Source of the DNA: Phyllobates terribilis
Lineage: Eukaryota
Assembly (NCBI RefSeq): GCF_046119375.1
Contig: NW_027362773.1
Coordinates: forward strand, 113,088,001-113,152,000
DNA: 64,000 nt
Reading direction: 5' to 3'
This document shows, in pieces, positions 1 to 11,438 of this stretch. Within the stretch, counting starts at the first letter, position 1, and every line of letters begins with the position of its first letter. Made by a program: the position numbers and the translations under genes. The notes beneath the pieces are model-generated. The model saw nothing but the letters and a program-made list of their open reading frames with translations, had not been told where the DNA came from and searched no databases.

Positions 1-530
1 CCGGGGTGCTATGGGTGTACAAACATGGCGGCGGAGGCACTTCCGGTGACGTCACGCGCAGGTGTTACCATTGTTCCAGGCTAGGAGGGGTGGGGGGAGA
101 AGGTTATAGATAGGAGTCTCCCGCGCACGTCGCTCAGGTCTGCAGTCTGTGCGCGGCTCCATATCCTGCGTGCGCCAAAAGTTGTGTGCAGCCTCCTGTC
201 CGGAAGTGCAGCGGAGCGGCGGCCGCTTGGCGGGAAGCGAAATACGCGGGTGACTGGGTGTGCAGGTGCGTGGTGACCGGAGCTCGGTGCGTCTGCTGCC
301 GCTGTAGTGTGTATGGGGGCTGAGGAGCTCTGTGGCGGCTTCCAGTGTATGGGCGTGTGCCTGTGTCCACTCACACGACAATAATCGGCCGACCAATCGA
401 TTCCAGGTCAGATACTGACAAATGAGTGAAAGATCCGCAGTGCTCATGGTGGGGGTGTAAATCTGCAGAAATCCGGCCTGGGAGATCACATGACTGGTAG
501 TCGGTAGTCGGGCACCGAGAACAGTCAATG
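1..530. promoter_or_regulatory. CpG-island housekeeping promoter upstream of BANF1 (possibly bidirectional)
   Basis: CpG-rich segment with a YY1-like AAACATGGCGGC (21-32), ETS/GABP sites CACTTCCGG (38-46) and CCGGAAGTG (~199-207), a perfect CRE TGACGTCA (47-54) and CCAAT (~394). It lies ~2.8 kb upstream of the first BANF1 coding exon, whose acceptor (3343) implies a non-coding exon upstream. Confidence 0.75.
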
Positions 531-1448
531 GACGATGAACTATAGGCTGCTTAACCCTTTAATGACCAGCCAGGATTTTTTTTTACATTTTTTATTGTCC
601 TTTGCCTCTGCTTTTTGGTGGCCATAACTTTTTCTAATGTTATCACTGATGTGGCTGCATTTTATGTATAATAAATTCGTGTTTTTTCAGTGCTTTTTGG
701 GGCATATACGTATAAAAAAATTGTATATATATCTGAAAGGTTGGACCCCCTCCTTGTGCTTTTTCCTTTCCCACCCTAAGGCTATGGTCACACGTCATTT
801 GTTTTTTTGGGGTCAGTTTTCTGCAGCAAAAAGGGCACTTTGTTCAGGATTTTTCTTGCATTTTTGGTGTTTTTTTCCACCGTCCTTCTGTCTTTTTTTT
901 ATGCATGTACATAAAGTTCTGTGAAAAAAAAAAAAACCTTCTATTTTGGCATCAAAAACGCTGAAACAAATTTTGATGCAGTTTTTTTTTTTCCACCACC
1001 AATTACTTCCTATGGGTGAAAAAAACCCTGAAAGAAGTGACAAGCTCTGTTTTGGAAAAAAAAACATGCGAGGCACAAAATACTGAACAAAAAAAAAAAA
1101 CATGATGTGTGAACAGAGAATTCTGGTTTGTCATAGACTTGCTGGTACTGCAAAACGCAGCTGACAATTTGCATAAAAAATCTGTCAAACGTTGAAAAAA
1201 CTATGATGTGTGAACATAGCCTAAGGGGAGTATCCGCATAGGAGCCCCAGTAAGGCTATGTTCCCACAATGAGCGTTTGGTGCATTTTTTTTTACGCCGC
1301 AAATAACTTAACTTTAAATAGTAGAAGTTGAAATCTGCTGCTCTTGTTTGAAGAATATAGAATATTTCTCTAGTAAGGCACGCCACTACATTGCTATAGT
1401 AATGCGATTTTTCTCTCTGTTACTACCACTATTCTCGTCTACATTACT

Positions 1449-1512
1449 ATAGCAATCCGTCTGATGAAGGTCAATGTTAAAGACCGAAACGTTGCCTTGC
1501 TAAATGAACGTA
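1449..1512 (+). ncRNA. Type I hammerhead ribozyme motif (Penelope-type minimal HHR)
   Basis: CTGATGA 1461-1467; stem II GGTC (1469-1472) / GACC (1482-1485); GAAA 1486-1489; then CGTT with a palindromic AACGTT stem III. Stem I can form between 1450-1460 and 1494-1502 with an internal loop. An alternative monomeric stem III pairs with AACGTA at 1507-1512. Confidence 0.65.
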
Positions 1513-1680
1513 TATTACATATTCTTCATACACGAGTGGCAGATTTAGTGTTTATTCTAGGAGTGATATCCTGTCTGAACACCTTTTTGATCGCGGAGTG
1601 ACGTGTATCCATTTCTATTCTAATTTAAATGGTAGGTTCAGAATTTCTGCAACATCAAAGGCTCATGATGGCAATGTAGG

Positions 1681-1963
1681 CACTGTACGGTGGCTCAGTG
1701 GTTAGCACTGTACGGTGGCTCAGTGGTTAGTACTGCAGCCTTGCAGCGCTGGGGTCCTGGCTTCAAATCCCATCAAGGACAACATCTGCAAGGAGTTTGT
1801 ATGTTCTCCCCGTGTTTGAGTGGGTTTCCTCTGGTTCTCCGGTTTCCTCCCACATTCCAAAGACATAGTGATAGTGAATACAGACTGAGTCCCAATGGGG
1901 ACAGTGATGATGATGATGTCTGTAAAGCGCTGTGGAATTAATGGCGCTATATGAGCATAATAA
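1681..1963 (+). mobile_element. tRNA-derived V-SINE with L2-type 3' tail
   Basis: A box TGGCTCAGTGG (duplicated, 1691 and 1716), B box GGCTTCAAATCCC (1759-1771), V-domain-like GGAGTTTGTATGTTCTCCCCGTG...GGGTTTCCTC, and a tail TGTAAAGCGCTGTGGAATTAATGGCGCTATA. Confidence 0.75.
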
Positions 1964-3358
1964 CGAATTACAGGAAACGCGGCTGCAACTGTTTCTTCAC
2001 TCATGTAACTCCCAGAAGAAGCCATAAACAATGAATGGAGCGGATGTCACACACTCGCACCGCCGCTCCATTCTGTCAGGGATAGACGTTCCCAGCTCTG
2101 CTGATCGGCGCAGGTCCCGGCGGTCAGACCCCGCACCAATCGAAAAGTTATCACACATTCTGCAGATAGGTAATTTTTTCCCCACTGGAGGAGCCCTTGA
2201 AGGGGGGCTTTGGAATGGACGTGGTTCTTTGACCCTTTCTTTCTCTATAGGTGCCATGATTTTTCTCTTGTGGCTTTCTTCCTGTCTGCTGTAGATATGG
2301 TTCCACGCTGTCAGTATTCTGTGCTGTGGAGATGTAATTGCTGCTCTTCCCTTCTCCGGTATGTGGATGGTTGTAGCCTGGATGCCTTTGTAGACTTGTC
2401 AGCCTCACTGGAATCTAACAACTGACTTGTTTTTTTAGATTCCCCCGAGCGAGCGGCAAACAATCCCCAGGAAATAGGACTGGAGGTTCATGTGTTCTCA
2501 TACCATAGAGCCCCGGGGCGCATGAGTGGACGGGGCTCACAACTCTGACATTGTGGAATGTGGCCATGTTTCTTTACCACTTTTTTGGTTACTTTGGAGA
2601 TTTAGGCTGCATTCCCAAGAGATGTATTTACTGTCCACCTCCCTATGCAAATATCTGTGCAAGGGCCGCACGTTTCGCCCTTTGCATTTGTACTGTTGTC
2701 AGCAGCATAAATTAATATATTGCAGACGGTTCAAACCAAGCACAGACGCTCTGTGCACTTTTGGCACCGCCAAACTGTTCAGTGCCCCTTCTCACCAGCT
2801 TGTTTTTCAGCTATTTCCATCTTCTTTGGGTGCTTTAAAGTCACAGCTGTCAATCATAGATGAGGAGAGCAGAAGTGGATGGGAAAACAACAAGTACGTA
2901 GGAAGCTGCACTGAGTGCCTGAGCTTGGTTTGAACAGTCATTGTGTGCTTACAGACTTCTTATTACTACCAGGTGCCTTGTATGTACGGCTGATGGTGCA
3001 AAGTTAGTTAAGTGACATCTAATCGCAATATTTTTGCAATTTAAGGGGGTAAGAAATGCAGCGTGTGAATCTGACCTGGGCTTACATTTTAGGACCAGCT
3101 GCAAAACTTGACTTTAAGGGCTTTCACATGACTGCAATTTACCATTCATGTTTGGGTCATATTTCCCGGCCCAACTGTGCATCTACATACCGGAACGAAC
3201 GGCCCCGCCTGCCTACGAGGCTGTATGTTCCGGTCAGGGAGATAATCGCTTGGCCCTGAACGTGGGCCATAAAATCCTGTTGTGTGGCTGCAGCCTTGGT
3301 AATATTTCTGTAATGACTCTTCTCTCGTCATCCTCCTCTTCAGGTCGAGCCAGCAAAG

Positions 3359-3484
3359 ATGTCGTCCACATCACAGAAACACAAGGACTTCGTGGCTGAG
3401 CCCATGGGAGAGAAGGAGGTGCAGTGTCTCGCTGGCATTGGTGACGTGCTGGGAGGGAAGCTCAAGGATAAGGGCTTTGACAAG
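3359..3484 (+). CDS. BANF1: Barrier-to-autointegration factor, coding exon 1 (aa 1-42)
   Basis: Translates to [42 protein letters not shown]. Acceptor CAG at 3341-3343 and donor GTAAG at 3485. Confidence 0.97.
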
Positions 3485-4104
3485 GTAAGATTTGTGCCGG
3501 CAGATTGACACATGGATAATAAAATCTGCCATACACTTATTATTCAGAATTTTCCTGCTGCATGTAATGAGCCACAAAATCCTTCGTTCACTTTTGTTTC
3601 AGGGATTTTCTCATTACAATATTTAAAATTGCAAAGTGCGTGGAAAAAAACAGATTAAAAATCCTCTCCGTTCTTAAGAGTAGAGGGATTTTTATAGCTT
3701 CTAGCTCATTGCCCAAGTTACCGGCCACTTCTGTGGTCTATCAGAAGTAGCCAGTCTCCGATGCAAGAATTGCAAACTGATTCTTTTCTGATGTTGTATT
3801 TGCCCCTGCGCTCCTATGATACTTGAAGTGCAAAGGTTTCTCGTATAGCAGAGGCTGCTTGTCAAAACTGTCAACCAGGAGCGCACCCGTCCCTCGACAA
3901 GCAGGAGGCAGAGCGCTTCTCTGCCTCCTGCTTGTCGAGGGATTGGTTCGCTCCTGAAGAGCAATAATGAGAGCAACCCTTTAACAACTACTTTTGCACT
4001 GTTTCACACTTTTTTTTTGTTACTCCTCCTTAGTGACCCCTGTAATAGTATGAGGTGTTGCAGTCTGTGGTTTATCATAAAGCACCATTTTATTTTTTTT
4101 CTAG

Positions 4105-4251
4105 GCCTATGTAGTCTTGGGTCAGTTTCTTGTGCTAAGGAAAGATGAAGAGCTTTTTAGAGATTGGCTGAAGGACACCAGCGGAGCCAACGCAAAGCAA
4201 ACGCGCGATTGTTATACCTGTCTGAAAGAATGGTGTGATGCCTTCTTGTAA
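4105..4251 (+). CDS. BANF1: Barrier-to-autointegration factor, coding exon 2 (aa 43-90)
   Basis: Polypyrimidine tract plus TAG acceptor (4102-4104). Translates to [48 protein letters not shown], in phase 0 with the previous exon. Confidence 0.97.
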   Translation, partial: AYVVLGQFLVLRKDEELFRDWLKDTSGANAKQTRDCYTCLKEWCDAFL

Positions 4252-6663
4252 GACTCTTACCTTCCCAAATCCAGTCTCCGAAGACCATCACCTGCTAATG
4301 ATACACCGGATTAACGTCCAGGAGTGCGCAGCAAGCAAAACGCCCATCTGCTCCCAGTTGCTCCATATACCTTTTTTTAAGCCTTTTCAGGATTTTGAAT
4401 GTATTTCCAGATTTCAGAGTTTATATACAGTATATATATATTTTTTTTTTGCCACTTTATTTTTGAAAAAGAAAAATGTTGCCAAAGCCGAATGTGATGC
4501 TGCCTGCTAATATACAGCAGTCTTGGAAGGGGCCTCACGAATACATCAGACTCTTAACTCTGCGCTGCTATTAACCAGTTGGTACAAAAATTTTGTGCTG
4601 TTTTTTTGTTTTGGCTATTAGGACTACTGTAGAGCTGGAATATGGCAGCCAAATACAGGGCAGCATGTTCACTCTCAAAAAAATATTTATGCTCCCCTTC
4701 TTAGGGCAGCATAAAACCCTGTGCCTAAGCGAAGAGCCAGACTGCTGTAAAACTCGGACGGTGATCACAACACAATGCTCGGACTACCCGGTGGCTCTCC
4801 TGACCCGAGCTTGTCAGCATCATAGAAATACATGCTGTCACATCTGGGTCAGGAGAGCCGCCGGCCAGTCCGAGCATTGCGTTGCGATCCCTGTCTGAGT
4901 TGTACGGTCATCAGACTACGAGCTGTGATCTTTGGACCGGCCTCGGATGTCCGGGCATGAACTCTTTAGCCTCATATGTGTCTGAGGCTGTTCGGGTCAG
5001 TCCAAACATCCGTAGCTGGACAGTGTTTCATAGACAACTGAATTCAGCCCAACGATAGGTCACTTAATGGACTTCTTGCTATAATTTTGATAAAATCACT
5101 TTTACCTACTGCAGTTCTGCTTGTCCTCTGTCACAAGCTCCTGCTATGTAGTCCTTTGGCAGTTTCCTGCCTATGCACAGTGTTGGCTGTCAATCAGTGG
5201 TGTGGATGGGGTTATACAGAGTAGAGCATTGAGAGACCTAGAAGAGCTGTAGCAGATAAAACTGAGATTGCATCAAAACTACAGCAAGTAGCCCAATAAA
5301 TGACCTGGCACTGGAATCCTTTAACATGCTTTAATTTTGAGCGGTTTCATGAGGCTGGAAGTGCTGCAGTTCATGGAAAGTCTGTGCTGCCGTGTTAAGC
5401 TTTTCCTAGTGATTCTCTGATGTTTCCAAACACCCCCGCTCTTAGTTCAGAAGCCTCTAGTTAGGTCCGCTCCTTCAGATCCACAAATGGACAGCCTCTA
5501 TAGCCCGAGACCCATTACACACTGCTGCTTTCTCACCGGCCAATAGAAAACTGACATTGCTAAGGCCTCGTTCACACAGTGCAGCTTTCTCGCTGCTTTT
5601 GCATGCTCGTTCTGATTTGTGATTTAGAATAGATGCTGTTTTAGATTGTCACAATGCTAATCTATGCCTGATAGATACTTTACAATGGCGTGCTGCTAAA
5701 AGTAGTCAGCTTGGGCTCTGTTCACACTGACATTCGGACATTCCATACTTTGAGAAATTCAAGTCCAAAAAGGATCCTGTGCAGAGGGGCCTCATTGATA
5801 AGTAAAGGGGTCTCTCAGGCTTCTGTCATGTTTCCTTTTTTCTTCCATTCTGAAAACTGACACAGCAGAACCTGGCCGGACCCCATAATAATCAGGACGG
5901 CCCCATTGCTTCCATTCTCCAGTTATACAGTGGATCAGTTTTTTTTTTTACATTATTCTGCTTCTCTGAAGTGGAATATCCAAACTAAGTGTGAACGCAG
6001 CCTTAGCCTGACATACGTTTTTAAACATTTTAAGCACATTTTGTATATTTTTTTTCCCCCCTTTCATTAAACCCATCTGTGATTTCAGATGCTCTAAACT
6101 TTACACTTGACGTCGATGGGACTTCGTTGTAGAATTGGGAATAATACAGTAAATTTATTAACAGGTGAAAAATGGTCATTAAAACTGGTGCAAAAAGTCG
6201 GCTGTGCGATTCTCGTAGAAACTCGCCGGTGATACTTGGAAAATTAAAGTTATGTTAAGTTTCTTCTGGCAGTTTCTACGCGCTCGCCAGCGAGGAACCA
6301 AAAAGTGGGAACGTGACTTTTTATGAATGGAACACTTGCCTGCTGTTCTTCTGAAATGTTACCTCCGATTTGTTTTCTGGTTTTAAAATTAAAATAATAT
6401 TAAATTCTTGTTTGTTTTTTGAATGTTTGTTTTTCTGCATTTACCATGTACTCAATGAAGTCTGACTACGCCTTTCTTGGGTGTTCTTATGTCACATACT
6501 CTTTACACGTGTCACTTTTTTTTAGTTGGTGGTTTTGTTTTCTCCCAAAAGGGTGCAGCTCTTCAGCGAAGTCTTGAAGAAAACCACCCGGGTACTCTGC
6601 GTCCTGGATGTGTAGTCCGGAAGCTCCCAGACTGCTTCTCTCCTGGGACTGATGGGTCTCTCC

Positions 6664-6971
6664 TAGTGATGAGCGAGTACGTTTTGTTAACCCTTTTGCT
6701 GAGTATACTCGGCTGAGCACCAAGTAGTTACAGCTGCTCGGTGATAAGGTTATATCGCTCCCGTGTGCATGATTTGCAACTGTTTGACAGCTTTAATACA
6801 TGTGAGGAATGTGTAAGAAATGGACATTCCTCACATGTATTAAAGCTGTCAAACAGTTGCAAATCATGCACACAGGAGCAATTCAACCATATCAACGAGC
6901 AGCTGTAACTACTCGGAGCTCGGCCCGAGCGTACTCGGCGAAAGGGTTAACAAAACACTCGCTCATCACTA
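6664..6971. mobile_element. Palindromic hAT-type MITE (308 bp)
   Basis: TIRs TAGTGATGAGCGAGT / ACTCGCTCATCACTA, exact 8-bp TSD GTCTCTCC (6656-6663 and 6972-6979), and a long internal hairpin. Confidence 0.85.
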
Positions 6972-8420
6972 GTCTCTCCTTGTTATACGAACATAAGGAG
7001 AGACATTTCAGTCTAGGAGCTTTGGTTATGAAGAAGCCACCAGGGTCCTGCCGGCGACTAGTCCCGTGAGACGCATAGTTCCTGGCCTGGTTTTCGGAGT
7101 AGTCGTCTGAAAGGCCACAGCCTGTGTCTGGTTTATGATGGCCGAAGTTTGGGCAGCATGAATCTCATGATTGGTTCCTTTTAACCCATTCGCAACATGA
7201 CGTAAACTTACGTCATACTTTGATGCAGGCTTTCAGACTGAGTCTTTATCTTTCCCTGCCCATAACAACTGATTTAATGGATATCCCCTTTCATTTGAGG
7301 CAAAATGGAAATTTGAGCAATTTTTAAAAAAAAAAATTCAGAAAACGTCATCAATATTAGCGGGATGGTAGTTTGACTGATTGTTGGCAGTGTACAGCGC
7401 TGGAGTGAACACAGCGCCATACACCCGTTAGTGGCCATTCTCAGGAATTGCAGCTCAGCTCTTATTCACTTCCATAGAAGTCGAGCTGCAGAATGGCCTG
7501 TGCACAGAAGAGGGTTCTGGCTGGAAACAGCTGAGCAGTGGGGGTGCTAGGTGTTCGACCACCACTGAGCTGATATTGATCAATGTGCAAGTCGTGGACA
7601 AACCCTTTAATTACAAGGGTATGGCCTGAACGTTACCTATGGGGTTTTTGGTTTTTTTTGTCCCCCCAGATTGCTGGATTTAAAGCTTTAAGTTCACTGA
7701 TAACTTGATCTGCAGGATCTCACTGACATCTCTTGGTGCAAAGGGGATCTAATGTCAAATTCTATGCACCATTATGTGTAATAATGGCTGACAGAGCGCC
7801 CCCAGTCACCTAATGACCCAGGAACATCTAAGGGGGCTTCTGTAATGCACCTCATACATATCAGCATGATCCAGGCTACCAAATTCCAAGGCGCTGTTGA
7901 AGCGGAAAAGAGCCTCATGTACGTGATTCTTACAGGACCATCTTGCCCCTACCCATGGATATTAAATCTTGACCGAGGTCCTCAGTCATTTCCTACATGG
8001 TAGATATTGACCATTATGGGTCTATACCAGCAATTATCTACAGCTATTAATGTTCAATACCAACAATCCATTTTTATTTTGGCATCTCCTCTACATCCCA
8101 GTTCTGCTGCACCAGCGCCTCTTGTCCGTGCTGCTCCAGGACTTCTCTCCTTCACTTGAGGCTTCAAGGATTCACCTCCCCAGGTCAGACATAACATAAT
8201 AGGTGATGTATATTTGACATAATAGTGCACAAAAATTAATATTTTATTTTCTCTATGAAGGTTTTGAGGAGGTGGGAAACTGGGGTTTGTTTGTTGTGTG
8301 TTATTCTAACTTGCAAATTTCCAATAAATCACTTTTTTTTTTTAAGGAAAATCTATGGTGATTTTATTATCGAGAAAATCTGTACCATGAAATAAACACA
8401 GAAATATCTTTTTTTTGTTG

Positions 8421-8426
8421 TTTATT
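8421..8426 (-). terminator. Poly(A) signal of the cystatin gene
   Basis: AATAAA on the minus strand ~80 nt downstream of the cystatin stop codon. Confidence 0.6.
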
Positions 8427-8504
8427 GCAGAAACTGTTTCCTACATTTTCCTGGCCGGCAGGATCTTCTTGCTGGACGACTGCTACGTGACTGGTCATGG
8501 CTGA

Positions 8505-8588
8505 TCACATATCTTCACATGTTTTTGCGATAATAGTTAATATGAATTTCGGAGGCTTTTGCCTCATAAAGTAATGACACTTTTCCAC
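8505..8588 (-). CDS. CST6: Cystatin E/M-like protein, coding exon 3
   Basis: Acceptor TTTTTGTCTTTTATGCTCCACAG. Translates to VEKCHYFMRQKPPKFILTIIAKTCEDM*, giving the second cystatin disulfide pair, with PP where PW is expected. Confidence 0.8.
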   Translation of the reverse strand: MEKCHYFMRQKPPKFILTIIAKTCEDM

Positions 8589-8880
8589 CTGTGGAGCATA
8601 AAAGACAAAAATGTAGAATTCATTTACATATTATACATAACTATAGTTGCTAAATTCTGGGCACCAAATTATGGTTTGTGCCACCAAAAAAAACACCTAC
8701 GACTCAGAGCGTGGAAGATCCCCTCCATAACCTCCTGCCCCTTAGTGGTACAAACTCCCAGGTTCTGGTGCTTTAGACCAAGCAGGGTGAGGTATGTAGC
8801 AAAGGCAGAGAAGACCTTCCCAAATAGTTGACTGTTCTCATACTTTTTCAGGAGTTTCCCAAACTTTTATATAAAATTTA

Positions 8881-10395
8881 CAAGTGCTTTTCACTAAATT
8901 AGAATATCATCAAAAAGTTAATTTATTTCAGGTTTTCAATACAAACAGAGTGATCTATTCCAAGTGTTTATTTCTGTTAATGTTGATGATTATGGCTTAC
9001 AGCCAATGAAAACACAAAAGTCATTATCTCCGTAAATTAGAATACTTTATAACAACAGCTTGAAAAATGTTTTTAAAATCCAAAATGTACGTTCAGTAAA
9101 TGCCCTCAATACTTGGTCGGGGCTCCTTTTGCATCAATTACTGCCTCAATACAGCGTGGCATGGAGGCGATCAGCCTGTGGCACTGCTGAGGTGTTATGG
9201 AAGCCCAGGTGGCTTTGATAGCAGCCTTCAGCTCGTCTGCATTGTTGAGTTTGGTGTCTCATCTTCCTCTTGATAATACCCCATAGATTCTCTATAATAG
9301 ATTCTCTATGGGGTTAAGGTCAGGCGAGTTTGCTGCCAATCAAGCACAGTGATACTGTTGTGTGTAAACCAGGTATTGGTACTTTTGGCAGTGTGGACAG
9401 GTGCCAAGTCCTGCTGGAGAATGACATTTCCATCTCCAATAAGCTTGTCGGCAGAGGGAAGCATGAAGTGCTCTAAAATGTCCTGGTAGACGGCTGCGCT
9501 GACTTTGGTCTTGATAAAACACAGTGGACCTACACCAGCAGATGACATGGCTCCCCAAACCATCACTGATTGTGGAGACTTCACACTAGACCTCCAGCAG
9601 CTTGGATTGTGGCCTCTCCACTCTTCCTCCAGACTCAGGGACCTTGATTTCCAAATGAAATGCAAAATTTACTTTCATCTGAAAACAACACCTTGGGCCA
9701 CTGAGAACAGTCCAGGTCTTTTTCTCCTTGGCCCAGGTAAGACGCTTCTGGCGTTGTCTATTGGTCATGAGTGGCTTGACACAAGGAATGTGACACTTGT
9801 AGCCCATGTCCTGGATACGTCTATGTGTGGTGGCTCTTGAAGCAATGACTCCAGCAGCTGTTCACTCCTTGTGAATCTCCCCCACATTTTTGAATGGCCT
9901 TTTCTTAACAATCTTTTCAAGGCTGCGGTTATCCCGGTTGCTTGTGCACCTTTTTCTACCACACTTTTTCCTTCCACTCAACTTTCCATTAATATGCTTT
10001 GATACAGCACTCTGAACAGTCGGCTTATTCAGCAATGACCTTTTGTGGCTTACCCTCCTCGTGGAGTGTGTCAATGACAGCCTTCTGGACATCTGTCAAG
10101 TCCGCAGTCTTCCCCATGATTGTGGAGCCCACTGAAACAGACTAAGGGACCCTTTTAAATGCTTAGGAAACCTTTGCAGGTGTTTTTTTGTTAATTATTC
10201 TAATTTACTGAGATAATGACTTTCGTGTTTTCATTGGCTGTAAGCCATAATCATCAACATTAACAGAAATAAACACTTGAAATAGATCACTCTGTTTGTA
10301 ATGACTCTATATAATATACAAGTTTCACTTTTTGTATTGAAGAACTGAAATAAATTAACTTTTTGATGATATTCTTATTTAGTGAGAAGCACTTG
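8881..10395 (-). mobile_element. Tc1/mariner DNA transposon, decayed, in cystatin intron 2
   Basis: TIRs CAAGTGCTT(T/C)TCACTAAAT...; TA TSDs at 8879-8880 and 10396-10397; transposase fragments in ORFs 9862-10092, 9586-9807 and 9306-9665 (SVMVWGAMS, LQQDLAPVH). Confidence 0.9.
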
Positions 10396-10464
10396 TATAT
10401 TTCCAGGTAACTTGGTGTTTCTGAGTACAGCAAAGTATACTGAGAATAAAGACTAACACAGTAC

Positions 10465-10572
10465 CGTCATGTCCTCAAAGCTGGGGGTCTTGCAGGTCTC
10501 TAAATCTTCTTCTTGGAGGCACCCTGTTGGCTCTATAATGACTGTAAATTGGTAATTTATCCCATTGGTGAC
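10465..10572 (-). CDS. CST6: Cystatin E/M-like protein, coding exon 2
   Basis: AG acceptor (10573-10574) and GT donor (10463-10464), phase 0/0. Translates to VTNGINYQFTVIIEPTGCLQEEDLETCKTPSFEDMT, which completes the QxVxG-type motif as Q|VTNG and carries the first disulfide pair. Confidence 0.85.
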
Positions 10573-11438
10573 CTTAAATGAGGAAAACATAAGAAACATT
10601 GGATGGTAAAAGCTTTAGGTTTTACTATACATATCACATTCATTATTATATAGTTCTCTTAGACTTGATGAGGCCGGTGTAGTTACTTTGAAAATCCTTG
10701 TCACGATCTCTGTATAATTTTTTCTTAAAAAAAAGATCTGAACATTTTTTCAAACATTTTGAATTTCAATATCAGACGGGGGGAGTCTGATATTAAAATT
10801 AAAAAATATTGACGCCAAATTTAGATACAGATTTTCAACGTAAAAACACTAGGCTCGTCAGGTTCTACTAGATTTATTTCCTAATTATGCAATTTTGGTG
10901 AAACCTGGAGACAGATCCACTTTAAATAGGATGACCTCTACAAAATATGCATAGATGTATGTCTTCTATAAATATGTATTTACATACTTTACTAATATAC
11001 TTGTCTTAAGAAAGCTCCACTAATGACTCAGTCTCACAGGGATCTCAGGTCCCGGAAGAAGCACTTCCAGTTTGTACTCAAAAGAGAACAGAGTTAGCAG
11101 TCACTATGGGATCCCCCACCAAAAAAAAACCACACAGTGGGCATCAGAGTTATATAAATCCCATCCACTTTTCTGAAACTGTAAGATGATGAGTTTTGGG
11201 GAGTAAATTCTAAAGTTTGCTATGAGGCCCTGGCTCTTTTAGTTCCACCCCTGCCATTTTATTTGTGTCTTTCCCTTAGTAAATGTGTCAGCTGTTTAAT
11301 AATGATCCACCAGGGAGAGGTTTTTCGAGGTATTAAGACGGTAAACATACAAGCTGAGAAATTTAATCAAAACAGAACTTGAAACCGTGTAAATGTTTGG
11401 AGTGAAATTCAAGCTTGGAATTGGCTCTGATTTAGGGT

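Noticed and set aside
52-528. ORFs of 78-158 aa at the window start
   Set aside because: GC-rich CpG-island sequence with few stops and no recognisable domain.
1691-1771. tRNA gene (also 33255-33340)
   Set aside because: A and B boxes are present, but they continue into a SINE body and LINE-type tail, and I could not build a cloverleaf.
2725-2940. Possible structured ncRNA or snoRNA in BANF1 intron 1
   Set aside because: Only a ~20-bp terminal inverted repeat (GTTCAAACCAAGC / GCTTGGTTTGAAC) is visible, with no C/D or H/ACA boxes in proper positions. More likely a MITE.
7800-7960. Alternative cystatin exon 3 containing APW on the minus strand
   Set aside because: No in-phase acceptor or correct cysteine spacing, and it lies beyond the stop and poly(A) signal of the better exon at 8505-8588.
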